The notes under the pieces were generated by a model, which searched no databases, was not told the origin of the DNA, and saw only the letters and a list, made by a program, of their open reading frames with translations. A stretch of 64,000 nucleotides of DNA from Camelus ferus (taxonomy: Eukaryota). The first letter of the stretch is position 1. Every line of letters begins with the position of its first letter. Both the position numbers and the translations under genes were made by a program. The stretch is from NCBI RefSeq assembly GCF_009834535.1, contig NC_045696.1, forward strand, positions 44,518,001 to 44,582,000, read 5' to 3'. Positions 1 to 12,408 of the stretch are shown here, piece by piece.

Positions 1-1640
1 TTCAAAAGTTATTTATCTGTGACTGTAGTAGACCTGGAACTCTTACAAGTCCTGAGGATGCAGCAATGAACAAGAAAATCTATATGCAAGGCATTTTCTA
101 GTGGGGTGAATTATATGTGTTTGTATGTGTGCACACATGCATATGTATAGGAGTTATAGAACTTGGACTGTAAATAAATAGACAAACAAATAAGGAAAAT
201 ACAAAATTGTGGAAAGTACTGAGGAGAGAATGACTGAGTCTCCGGTCAAGATTTGATGGACAGGAAACCTGAGTGATATTCCAACTGAGATCTAAATAAC
301 AAAAGGAGACAATGAAGCAGAGGGGATTAAGAGGAATGGTTGGCACATGGGCTTCTGGGTAGAAATTAGGGAGTAATATCCAGTGTATCTTATTGTGGTA
401 GGTGAGAGAAAGAGCTGTACTAGAAATATGAGTTGGCCAAGGGTTAAGTCATGTAGAATTTTGTAGCCAAGATAAGAAATTTGGATTCATTCTAATTGTG
501 TTGGGAAGTTGGGAAGGGTTTTAAGTAAAGTCTAACATGATTTGAATTACAATTTTAAAACATCCTATTCGCTTCTGGGTGAATTGTTAGCTGAAGTACA
601 ACAAATATTTTGGGAAACATGTATTGTTGCTTCTTCAAAGTGGTCATTCTCTTTTGTTCATTTTCAAATATCTGAGTGCCAATTTGGGACAAACACTGTA
701 GTCTTTGCTAGACAGGCAATGTGAGCTAATGTGGGTCCTTATTCTCATGGAGTTCACTCTCTGAGAAGGGACATAGAAATTAATTAATCACACTAAGGAT
801 ATATAAATACCATCTGCAAAATGTTCTGAAGAAAAGGGAAAGGATTATATCTTAACATGTACCAAACGATCCAAATCTGACTGGGAAGTCACAGAAAACT
901 TTACATTAGCTGTGATCAAAAGAATGAGTAGGAGTAAACTGATTTTTACCCTAAGTACAATGAAGGCTTTAAGCAGGATGACATGATTCAGTGTGGGTTT
1001 TAAAGTGATCATTCACTCTGGCTTCAGCTGAAGAATAGATTGGAGGGAGAACAAAATAAATGCAGAGGGACAACTTAGGGGGATCTCCTAAGAGATAATG
1101 GTGGCTAAGAACAGAGTGAAGGTATCAATGAAGAGAAAAACAAATTCCGTAGATATTGAGATGACAAAAGTGAGTGGTCTTGATAACAGATCAGGTAGGA
1201 GGAGTGAGGATACAGAAGGCAACAAACAGCCTGGGCTAGTGAATAAATGATGATGACATTTACTGCAAGAACAGATAGAGAAAGAGGATCAGGTTTGAAG
1301 AGAAAGACCATGAATCTGGTCATACACATCACAAATTTGTGATATCTTCAAACTATCCAAGTGATACTGTCAAGTCAGTCATTGGATATACTGACAGAGC
1401 AGAGCAGAGCTATGGGCTAAAGAAATAAATCTGGACATCCCCATGGTGACAAGAACTGTGGATGTGTTGAAATTTCCTAGTGAAAGACTATTTTAGCCTA
1501 TTTCTGAGCTTTAAGGAACTCCAGAATTTGATGACCCAGTAGGAAAGGAACTGCTGGCAGAGGAAATCTGAAAAGCAGGGCCAGACAGGTAGCATTTGAA
1601 GAACGTCCAATTAGGTCAAATGATTATGAAGAACTAGGGA
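1..1640 (-). mobile_element. LINE-2 fragments
   Basis: Purine-rich degenerate sequence resembling reverse-complement L2 3' ends (e.g. caaatattt...gagtgcc...gacaaacactgt). Confidence 0.7.
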
Positions 1641-1681
1641 GGGTATGGGAGTTTTCTCTATGTACAAGCTAATAAGTTAGT

Positions 1682-2086
1682 CTGTTACTGCTTTATAAGT
1701 GCCGGCAGAAGACCCAATACTCCTGAACTAGAGACAAAGGACTTTATTATTCACAGTAAATACAGTGGCAGGATGCTCTTGCTGGTTCCCCATGTGTCCT
1801 AAGTCCTGTGGAGTGATGTGAAGTGCCCATGGTGGATGTTTGCAGATGCAGTGGGTTGCCCTACAGGAGAGGAACACTGAGCATGGAAGATTAACCACTT
1901 TTATGGTAAGGTGGAAATAAGCATGCTCATTATCTGGAGGAAAGTGTTACCTTATTCCTCAGGGTTGCTTGCTGGAAATGCACCCGGAGAAATGGCAGAG
2001 AATAGTCAGGAAATTTGTTTGTTTGGCACAGCCAAGAAGAACATATAAGGAGGTTTAGGGCCTATTGGAGATTGCATCTTCCAATA
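1682..2086 (-). mobile_element. Old ERVL-type solo LTR inserted in L2
   Basis: Starts TG; reverse polyA signal tttatt; interrupts L2, which resumes at ~2120. Confidence 0.5.
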
Positions 2087-2346
2087 ATGATCATGTAAAG
2101 ACAAATGAATTGAGGGCAGGGGAGAAAAAAATCTCAAATGGATTTAGCAAAATGGAGATCATCTTTAACCTTACTAGGAGCTGTTTCGTTGGTGTGCTGT
2201 AATGTGAAAACAGACTGGGGTGAATGTGGGGTGTGGAAATGAAGATCACAAACACAGAAGAGTCTTTTTTTAAAGAAGTTTAAATATAGCAAGATAAAAA
2301 TAAAAATGGTAGCTTGAGGTAGTATATTAAAATGAGGGAAAAAGTA

Positions 2347-2520
2347 GGGGGGAGGGTATAGCCCAAGTGGCAGAGCTAATGCTTAGGATGCATGAGGTCC
2401 TGGGTTCAATCCCCACTACATCTTCTAAGAATAAATAAATACTAAATAATCCTAGTTACCTCCCCCATCAATAAATTAATTAAATAAATAAACTGTAAAA
2501 TAAAATAAAATAAAATAAAG
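2347..2520 (+). mobile_element. tRNA-Ala-derived SINE (camelid Vic-1-like)
   Basis: ggggagggtatagcccaagtggcagagc...gaggtcctgggttcaatcccc (A and B boxes) followed by an AT-rich tail. Confidence 0.9.
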
Positions 2521-2629
2521 AAGTTTTTGTTATAGGTCTGGTCTTGAGAATGTGGAAATACTGATAGAAACGGACAAGTGAAATGTCCTATGGACATGAG
2601 AGTATAATTCACCACTAGGTTTACATTAA

Positions 2630-3039
2630 TCCTGTTTAGAACATTGAACTGAGCCCTCTCCCAAAATATACCGAAGTCCTAGCCCTCAGTATTTCTGAAT
2701 GTGACCTTATAAGGGTTTTGTAGATGACCAAGTTAAGGTGAAGTCATTAGGGTGGGCATAATCCAGTACGACTATGCCCCTTTAAAAAGGGGAACTTTGG
2801 GCACAGAAACAGACATGCATAAAGGGAAGATGTCATCTTCAAGCTAAAGATCCCTGGTGGCCACCAGTTCAGAGAGAGGCATAAAACAAATTCTCCCACA
2901 CAACCCTCAGAAGGAACTAACTCCACCTTTATCTTGATTTCAGATTTCTAGCCCCCAGAACTGTGAGAATAAATTTCTGTTGGTTATGCCCCACCTAGTT
3001 TGTGGTACTCTGATACTGCAGCCCTAGTAAGCTAATACA
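2630..3039 (+). mobile_element. MaLR LTR (MLT1A/B-like)
   Basis: gaatgtgacctta...agaactgtgagaataaatttctgttg...gcagccctag...ctaataca end. Confidence 0.85.
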
Positions 3040-3726
3040 AGCATCATTTCCAGAAAGACTGAATTCTGATTGTAAGAAACGAAAAGCAAAGATTAAAGCC
3101 TTTTGAACACTTTATTTCACTGCATTTCAGCAGGACAATGGTCATGGCATAGTCTTTTTCAGGAGCCTATCATGTTAAGAGCACTACTAAAATGATCATT
3201 CTTGGTGAAATTTCAAAAAAAAGGAAGTAAGGGAAGAGAGAACAAAAGCTCCTGTGACAATGTTGCCTTAACAAAATGAGAATTCAATGTAAGTTAGCTT
3301 ACTTAACGAATATTCGATTATCAAATACTTTGCAATTTGTTAATATAATTTTTCAGAATAAAATGGGGAATATAATTTAAGTCTACATGGAAAATAATTG
3401 GGATTATTGAGGAAGTGGCTTTCTGAAATGGTCTAAGTCAGTCTGCAGGAACAGGAAGCTTAAGCAATGACTCCCCCAGACTTTAAAAAAAAAAATCACT
3501 TAACCACTATAGTTTTATATTTCCTCATCTGTAACTAAAGAATTATACTAGATCACCTCTCAGAATGATTATGGGAATTACTTCAAAAACATATGTTTTT
3601 CATATAAGTGCCTTTTCTTGCACAAATTAAATACGTAACTGAGGCTGAAACCATTCCTGATTACCTACCAGTAACCTTTGTTCTTACACACGATTTATTT
3701 GCTTTTGACACAGATGTCAAACTTAT

Positions 3727-3932
3727 CCTTAATTCACGTTTTTTCTTATTCCAGTTTCCCTTAGGATGCCTTTCTGGGGTTTGTTCCGGACTTCATCTGG
3801 GGAGCTCTTTAATTCTCTCAAAGAGATTGCTCATTCATTCACAGGAGTCCAGCTAAAGCGAGTTCAAGGAAGTACACATCTGCCCCTGCAGCTGGACCAG
3901 GGCTCTCCAGTGGGCTGACTATGGTCAGTCAT
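3727..3932 (-). pseudogene. Disabled coding-like exon of an unidentified second gene
   Basis: Acceptor aacttgcag|ATG. Single frame MTDHSQPTGEPWSSCRGRCVLP*TRFSWTPVNE*AISLRELKSSPDEVRNKPQKGILRETGIRKNVN*G. Donor reads AGG|ATAAGT (GT to AT change). Confidence 0.45.
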
Positions 3933-4100
3933 CTGCAAGTTTAATATAGATAAGTTTCGGCAGTCCCTAGCTCTGAAAAGTTTTCTCTATCTTATAATTA
4001 TTCTTTTCATTATTTCTTTGAAGAAGGGAAAATACCTCATACTTCTGGCTAAACAATCTTAGGGACATTCCCACTTAGCTCTCCAAATGCCCCCAGATGC

Positions 4101-4118
4101 CACGTGAGTTTCCACGTG
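4101..4118. promoter_or_regulatory. Tandem canonical E-boxes, CACGTG-N6-CACGTG
   Basis: cacgtg agtttc cacgtg seen directly. Confidence 0.45.
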
Positions 4119-6387
4119 CAGCAGAACTGAAACATAAGTTAATGACTCTGACCACAGGATCAGAGAACTATTCCAGCAAAATCAAAAGTGAAGAGAATGC
4201 TCATGGACAACCCACAGGAACACATATCCCTTTGAGTAAACAGAGAAGAAAAATTGGTCCAAGTTGTTGAAGACATATAAGATTATTGCCCAGCTCCTCA
4301 GAATGTATACCTCTGTGATGAAAACAAAACCAAACACCCATGGGAAATTTCACAATTAGCTATCTCATTTCCCTAGCTCTTTAAAAAAACATTCCAGGGT
4401 GGGCAGGGAAGGCTACACCCTCATTGTGCGGGTCAGTGCTTATGAAATCAAAAATGGTTCAATCATCTGAAAAAAATCTTCATACAAAGAGCAAATAGTA
4501 GGCATACCAGCCTGGCCTAGCACATTGGCTGTGTGCACAGTGTAACTTCAAAACAGCCTCTGGTCATAATAGTGCTAGAAATATGTTGCGGTGTTTTCAA
4601 GACAAATAAAACATGAAAAGTCCATTTATTTATAAAAATAAACCCATCTTAACTTTTCATTTATACAAGTATGCTTTTGTACAATGGCTTGCTCTTCAAA
4701 AAAAAAATATAGCTTACATTTAAGAATACTGCAATATCAAGGTCTTAAGTTCCTAAGAGTTAGTTTTATCTTTATTATTATTAGCCTTATTATTATTATT
4801 ATTAAAAAGCTATTTGATGTGTTAGTCACCAGGGATGTAATTACATACATACACACACTTCAGTATAATTTTAAAGTCCATATTAACTTGTTTTAATTAC
4901 ATGCATTTGGGTATAACTAAAATTCTAGAAACTAATCTAAATATTTTCCCCTATACAATAGTAGCCAGGCTTTGGGGATAGAGAGAGAGGAGAGTGATAA
5001 ACTATATTAAAAATAATTTAAATGTTTTGGGAAAAGGTCTCAGTTCAGTAGCCTAGTGTTCACATTCAATGCTTTTTCTTAAATTTACTTCTCTCTATGT
5101 TAAATTCAGATAATAAAGTACTATGTCCATTATCAGTATTTTCCAGTAGCTGAGCCCATTTTCAAGAGAAAAACATACTATTAAAATTATACAGGGTATT
5201 TGTTATATTTATTAAAAGAGACGGTTACTTAATTCTTTTTAAATGCTTGAATTTTATTATTTAATTGTACTTATTTGTGCTTGAACATTCAGTTTTAAGT
5301 ATATTGGAAGAATATTTATAATACAATTCTGTTGTAAATATTTTGAAATATAACTGAGGAATACCCCAGAGCTCCTTTGACATAATTAAGAATATAGCAT
5401 ATCATCCTATTTATTACTTTTTTCTGGGTCATGATCTGCCTCTCACATTGTCCTCATTGACAGCTAGATCAAAAATAAGGAATGGGAGCCATTAAAATCT
5501 AATATATACTTTCTTAAGCTTCCCATATGAAAAGGAATCAGACATGACTACCCTCAAATGGCATCACAAATAAATTTCCTTTGCAATGATTCAACAATCA
5601 GTTGAAAATGAAAAACCATTTAAGAAGATAAAGAAGCCGTGGCAGATTTGAATATCATCCAAGCAACAGGGGAACTAAAACTGTGGAAAAGGAACGACAC
5701 CACCACCAACAAAACAAACCTAAGGAAATTGTCATGGGAGAAAAACATTGGGCAAATGTATAAAGCTTGGGAAATGTCACCTGAGTCAGGAAAATCTGTA
5801 TGTCAGAATATGTATGAAGTTTTGGGTATTTCAGATAAATTTCCAGGGACGAAGCTTCCATGAGAAGTCACAGTGTAATAAGCCTATGAGGACGGTTAAG
5901 CAAAATTGTCATTTCTCCCTTTTAACAAAGTACAGATTTATCATTGATTCTATTTTAGATTTTTACACACAAAAAAATGCTACTTTGGGATTTTTGGACA
6001 ATGTCTCGTATCCACACAAGAACTGAAATTACTAAGATTATAATATTGTTCTTTCTAACTAGCCAGAATTGTGGATTCCAGCTCAACAGCTTCCCTTCAA
6101 TATACTTACATTCATATTCATCACATACATTCCAGCCACACTGTTAGGACTCAAAAATACCCTTAAAATATCTTCCAAGTCTGTAACATAGCCTTCTGAA
6201 TACTCTGAGTAGTGATAAAGTTCCTTTTGAAGACATGCTTGATCTTTTGAAACAACAATACAAACACAATTTGTAGTTTAAAACTATTATCCTCAAAATA
6301 ACTTTAAAAATATTCATTAATAGTTCCTCACTATTTCTCCTTCATTTCCTTTCTCATCTTTCCCTTTCCCCTTTCAAATACTTAACC

Positions 6388-6535
6388 AGATGTTCTCAAA
6401 CCTGGCTACAATAGAGTTTTTTTTTTTTTTAAAAATACTCTTGTCTGCAATGTATCTCTGGGAGTGGGGCTCACACACCAGTATTTTTCAAAAGTTCCCA
6501 CAGAGGATTCTTTGGTGTAGCCAATGCTGAGAAAA
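6388..6535. mobile_element. MER5-like hAT DNA transposon fragment
   Basis: cagatgttctcaaacctggct...gattctttggtgtagcca. Confidence 0.55.
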
Positions 6536-6822
6536 ATGGATTTGGGCAATCTTATACTTATCATCTCAAGAAGGTGATATGATAGAACTGGGGGGAAAAA
6601 ATCTTGAGTCTCTTTCTAGCTTTGTGCTTCAGGAGTCCATATCCTTAAGGAAAAGTTTGGAGGATTAAAGAGGCAACTCTTGCCCTTGGATTGCAAAACA
6701 GTAGGAGAGATGAAAGGGGTCCAGGAAGAGAGGGCTAAGACAAAAGAGGACAAGGCAGATATGTCGCAGTCAAAGGACAATGTGAGGAGGATTGAGTCAA
6801 CGTTAGGCGACTCTGTACTTAC

Positions 6823-6980
6823 TTAAGTCAGCCTAGATAAAGGATCCCAGCTCCTCCGCATAAGTGAATCCCTTAATCACACACACCAGGGTTTACGTCA
6901 GCTGTTTCGTCCCACCACGCCCATTGGCAACTTCCCTTTTGTACGCCCCACGCTTTCGTTGGATAAGGCCCGTCTACAAC
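6823..6980 (-). promoter_or_regulatory. Compact CpG-containing promoter and non-coding first exon, transcribing leftward
   Basis: Local CpG cluster in a CpG-poor window. CRE/ATF TGACGTAA (6893-6900, minus), KLF/Sp CCACGCCC (6915-6922), CCAAT (6923-6927, minus), RFX-like half site GTTGCCAA (6924-6931), second GC box (~6942-6953). Consensus donor AA|GTAAGT at 6822. Confidence 0.6.
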
Positions 6981-8317
6981 TTAAGTGTTTGGGTCTGTCC
7001 TTTCTTTTTCAAACTAAACCTTGCAGCTCCCACTTGTAAACCTCAGAGAATAAACTAGATAAGTCTTTTCCTACAGAATTACACATGCCCAATTTTCAAA
7101 AGGAGGAGACAGGAAACAGAAGAAAATTTCAATTTGAGAACATGTTAGCTTTTTCTGTTTCTTTCTGTCTTTAAAATGTATGGGCAATGAAATGCCTGGT
7201 AATTATTTAGTGTTTGCATTACAATAGATTATCTCATTGTGTAGATGAGAAATATAGACAGCATAATCAGGAATCATCCTCAGTCACAAAACAAAACAAG
7301 CCCTGAACCTCTTCTTTAGCCTATGAAATCTCTCCCATTTGGGAACTGAATTTGATACCATCTGGCTCCAAAACCAGAGCCTGCAATTTCAGGCAGTACT
7401 TGGAGGAAACAGCTGCATACAGATCACTCTGAAACCCTCATAAAAATATATGGTACCATCATTTTTTTCTTTTTAAAAATGTTTTATGGGATTCCCCCAT
7501 AGTATCTTTTGCTAGTCTTGCTGTAAAAATAATGTTTATGATGATTGAATATACTTTCAGTAGATAGCTTCTGTGGCTATCAAATGACGGTTTTTCTTCT
7601 TCATTTAATCACCTAGGAGGAAAGAAATGATGGAAAACAGATTTCACTGCCTTAAACAATATTTGTTAAAGAAAGACTTTTGCCCTGGAGCATCTTACTC
7701 AGAAAGTAATTTCCTGGTCACTGCTTTGGAGCCATTGCCTTATTATTCAGGGTTTTCTTTTTTCAGCATGAATCAGCTCTTTTGTTTTTTGTTTTTTGTG
7801 TTTTGTTTTTTGTTTTTTTGTCTGGCCCTAAAATGACATCACAGTCTTTTAACATCATGGTTAGTGAATAACATTCCCGATGTGTCTGGCTCAGATATTC
7901 CTGTGTTGGTGATGTTGTGAGTATCTCATTTGTATTCTTAAGAGTCCAGTGACCTTTGAGTAAACCGTGGATTCATGTGGATCCATGTGAATCAACTGAA
8001 TTACCTAGCTTTTGAAATAAACTCTGTCCTGAGCAGTCTTAGAAACGTGTTACCCAGAATTAAAATGTGATATATCTCTGAACTTACTGTATTAAATGAA
8101 TTAACACTAAAACTTAAATAATCCATTTTTCAGTAAATTTAATATATAAGGTTTCATGCAGATTTCAGATAGATCTTCTTGTAAGCTCTGGTAATAATAT
8201 TAACAATGACAATAATAAAACTACAAGTATTTTGTGATTTTATACAAAGTAGATTAAATATCATCACTGAATGATAAAAATTGAGTAACACAAAAATATT
8301 TCCAAGCGGAAACCAAA

Positions 8318-8852
8318 TGTTAGGTAGTTAGATAAGTGGGGGCTCCGGGCAGATAGGTGGAGGGGAGGCAGGATGGTCCAAAAGATGGTGTTATGCCCGC
8401 CTCCTGCCTAAAGGGGCTTTACTTCTTCTAAACGAGTGTCAGCAGGAAGCAGGTTAAAACCCGACAACTACGAGGTAGTGGAAAGGACTTAACCAGACAT
8501 GATCCAGTGCTCATTGTATTATAATTAACATTGCAGTTTAGGCCCCCCTTGGGTTTTTCTGTGTACACCATGGGTAAGGACATGCACAAAGGGACTGAAC
8601 ATGACTAAGCATTCCAGGGACAAGAGCTGTCCATCAAGAAACCATCGCTAAGCGAGGGAATAAGAGAAAAGGGAGACAAAAACCACCGCTTTTCCTCCTC
8701 TGGATCAGCCCACCTCCCGTCCTTGGAGGTGTACTTTTTCTTTTTTTAAATAAATCTTTTAAAATCTTTCACTATACAACGCACCGTCACCTGACTGTAA
8801 ACTTGTCTTTCGGGTAAGACAAGAACCAGGGTCTTTACCTTTTGGGGTAACA
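8318..8852 (+). mobile_element. Young ERV1-class solo LTR
   Basis: TGTTA...TAACA termini; 4-bp target-site duplication (TSD) caaa at 8314-8317 and 8853-8856; AATAAA at 8749; CpGs retained. Confidence 0.85.
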
Positions 8853-9417
8853 CAAACACTAGTTCAATGAAAGATAAAACACGTTATAGTTTTCTGAGAA
8901 CTAACCCAGCCTTGTAAAGAATGCTGCTAATATGGAATGGTATTTAAATTAAAAATATATATATATATCACTAATAAATCCAATCTTTGCAATGCTAATA
9001 TTTTGACTATTTTGTATATCAACACTATTCTTCTGTATCAACTGCTCTAAATTCCCAGGATGAGTTACAATTCTGCCTTAAAAAAAAAAACACAAGAAAA
9101 TTACTTTTAGAGTAATCTTTGTGGACCACCTGGTTGAGGAGAAACTTCATAATGATTTTATGGACTAGATGATTCTCTGCTACCCAGCTACAAAAATTAG
9201 GTCTTTATCTTTGACTAATTTCTTTCTCACTAAAATATATGGGTTTACTTTTGCTCTTTATGAGTTTGTCAAAAATCATAATAAAATCCTGCCAATTGCT
9301 GCAATTTGAGAACATTTATTACTTTCAGGAATACTTGTAACAATACAGTAATAAGTAAGGCAGAGTTGGATCCATGGTTGTTACAGCCTCTGAAGGATGC
9401 AAAGATTCTACCCAGCA

Positions 9418-9448
<31 letters not shown>

Positions 9449-10059
9449 GCCATTGCTGCATCATTTAAGTCTGAACATTTTGCCTTCAGGATATAGCAGA
9501 GTTCTCTATGGTTCTCTGTAGTGATGACCCTTGCAGCTTTTACCAGTTGTATGGCTTCTACAAAATAACTAGATTGTACTAAATAGAGTCCCTTTCATAC
9601 AGTCATCGGTCTGATATATTTGCTCCTCCAATCTCTAGCCAGTGAAGAAAGGTGAAAAGGTCATCTATGCACTGGTCTTCAGGGAGTAAGGAAAGTCGAG
9701 AATTAGCCACTGCTATTTACAATATTGATTGGGAGATGGACCTGGAAAGGAAGGAGTTAGAATTAACAGTAAACAGAGTTTAAGGGAAAATAGATGCTTA
9801 TTCTTTATATTTTCTGATAAAGATAAAGAAGAAAGACAGGTCCATTTCCCAAATTCCAAAGGCATAATCTTTAATGAGGCAAAGGACAGAGTATTTGTGT
9901 CTTTGCAGTTTTCTTTCTTTTTCAAAATTTTTATACCATAGCATTTTGCATAAGTGCCCAGAATATATGTGTTTTGTGTTTGTATATATGTATGTGTGTA
10001 TTTAAAATAGATATGCTTGACAGATTATTATACTGATCAACTATTACCACTTAAAAAAA

Positions 10060-10614
10060 TTATTTATTAGTCAAGTTACAGACAAATATTTTGATACAAA
10101 ACAAAACAGACTTTAGGAGCCTGCTGTGTTTATACAATACAATCCGCATTATCTTATTTAGTTCCAAAACAATTATTTGTGAGGGCAACACAATCCCAAT
10201 TAATCTGTTCCCAAGTCAATGTTCCAGTGTCCAAAGAATACTTTGGGGAAGAGAGTATTTTCTTAAAAATGTGTTTTCAAGCTGTACTTAAGAATGATGA
10301 CTGTGTTATGGTTTTTTATGTTTCAAGATTAAACAGTACCTACTAAAAATAAAGGTGTGAATAAAGGCTAGCCTTTAAAAGAATACACAGCTCATGTTGA
10401 AAGCAGTCTGGAGTTGATACACTGACACAATATCACCAATACTGATAATGACAAGTATACTATGAAACACACACATGAGCTCTATTTTCCATTTCCACAC
10501 TAACATGTGACTTCTTATATAAAATTCGATCCTCTAAGGCTATCAACAAATGATATATAACACCAGTAAAGAATTCTTACTAAGATTAATGTTCATAAAA
10601 CTCAAAACATTATT
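10060..10614 (-). pseudogene. CABIT-like pseudogene probable terminal exon
   Basis: Acceptor ttgttttaactacag|AA. Fragments in order: ISIGDIVSV, SC, LFTPLFLVGT, KYSLKT/FLRKYSLPQSIL (10243-10269). The frame then runs with one stop to TAA at 10060-10062, with AATAAA immediately before it. Confidence 0.7.
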
Positions 10615-10979
10615 CTGTAGTTAAAACAAGAAACTGTAAACTACTAAAAACAAACTCCAATTTTGTAACACTCCTGTATATATAAACAGTTAAGGATGAC
10701 TGGCCTCCGTAAGCTTGCATTTTTCTTTAACATTCTATGTTTGCCCAGATCGCAGGCAATAGTGTATCCAAATTATCAGCCAGTGTTGCTAGAGGGCCCA
10801 CTGGCTGCGTGTTTGGATGTTTTTGAAGTAAATATAGAATGGAGTTTAATAAAGTTCCTACAGGAAAGAGCATTTTAAATTAGAAATTAGGTAATGAATG
10901 ATCTTATAGCCCACTTTAATTGTCTTAGAGACGTTATAAAAAGTCATATATATTTGTAAACATTTTCTAATTTTCCTTT

Positions 10980-11135
10980 GTTATATTTTATCCTCATAAA
11001 ACTCTGTAAGGTAGGCCAGGCAGAGAGCGTTATCCCTAATGCACATATGAGCAGATTGAGGCTTACAGAGGTTTGATGATTTGCTTAAGGTCTCCAGATT
11101 TTTCAGTGTTGTACTCAGAATTTGAACCTAGGTCA
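10980..11135 (-). mobile_element. MIR SINE fragment
   Basis: tatcctcataaaactctgtaaggtagg...gaggcttacagagg...atttgaacctagg. Confidence 0.75.
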
Positions 11136-12408
11136 TAATAATGTAACAGCATCAACTTGCAAAAAACATAACAGGATAACAGTTACTACCACACCCCTCT
11201 GCCCATCATCCCAAGACTGTGATTGCAAATATACATCCTCTTAGGTACAATCTGGGATGAAATGACCCAGATTTACTGCCCTGAGAAAATATCTCAATGT
11301 GTAACTAAGAGCCTATCATGACTCAGAAATTCAATCAGGTACCCTCAAAACGCCAGTGGCTTAACAAACAATCATAATACCAAGAAGTACGCAGATACCA
11401 TAAAAAGACAAGGGGAATTACTGAAATAATTTTGGTGTGAGCTTTCATGACTTTTCGCCCCTCTTCCCAAACTTGTATTTCTACATTCAAAAACCACTAG
11501 ACACCTGACCACCTCACAGAAACTGCTATGCAGAAAGAATTGTCCTGAACACCCAGAATAAGCTTCATCAGCCAAAGAAAAAAGGTTTATGATGGAAACA
11601 GCCTCTTTTGCCTGACAAAACTAGAAGCGTCCAATCGCTGGTGTTTTCCACGATGCGAAAGAAAGATGAGAACAAAGAATAAGAAAGGTTGTGAGTCCTT
11701 TGTGAGAGGGATGAAAATTATAAAAACATATCTAAGTATCCTCTAGCATCCCCCAGTCCTGGCCTCATAATCAAAGCCAAACAGTTACTATTACATCTGG
11801 GTCAAATCACCTACACCTGCCTCCACGCCTTCCTCTCTCACCATCATCTCTGACTACAATGTCTTCATGGTCATCTTTAGGGATAAAAAATATTCCGCAG
11901 ATATGCCACCAACCCTTCACCTCATGCCCATGGCAGACATAGTGGAATTCATTCCTCTTTCTAAATTCTTACCTAGGCTGATGAAACAGCATGAAAAATG
12001 CTGGAAATTTTCCATCTTTATATATACCATCTTGAGAATAATAGGAAGAAATTTGGTCGTTTTTCCCAACCCCTTTGTGTACTTCTTCCCATAACAAAGA
12101 AATGGCTTAGTGAGGCTGTGGGGAAGGGCACTGCTCATGCGTGGCCAGGCCTGTGGACTCTTGCCCTCCCTCTGGAATTCACTGCTTGTGAAGGGAACAC
12201 ACTCTTTCCCTGTTCTTGCCCTGTTTACCAGATTGAAAGTAGAAGTCTTTGTCTGCTCTTGTTTCTCTGAATTTCTTTATCCCATCTCAATTGGTTGTGA
12301 AGTATCCTGAGGCTCTACAAGCAACTGGCTAGAAAAGGATCTGTTCTGTCCACTCACATCTCTCTACAGGCAAGTCTCAAGGTTTATTTTTTAAGAGAAA
12401 AATCATAG

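Noticed and set aside
5639..6026. Overlapping ORFs in unique sequence
   Set aside because: No convincing splice sites or recognisable motifs.
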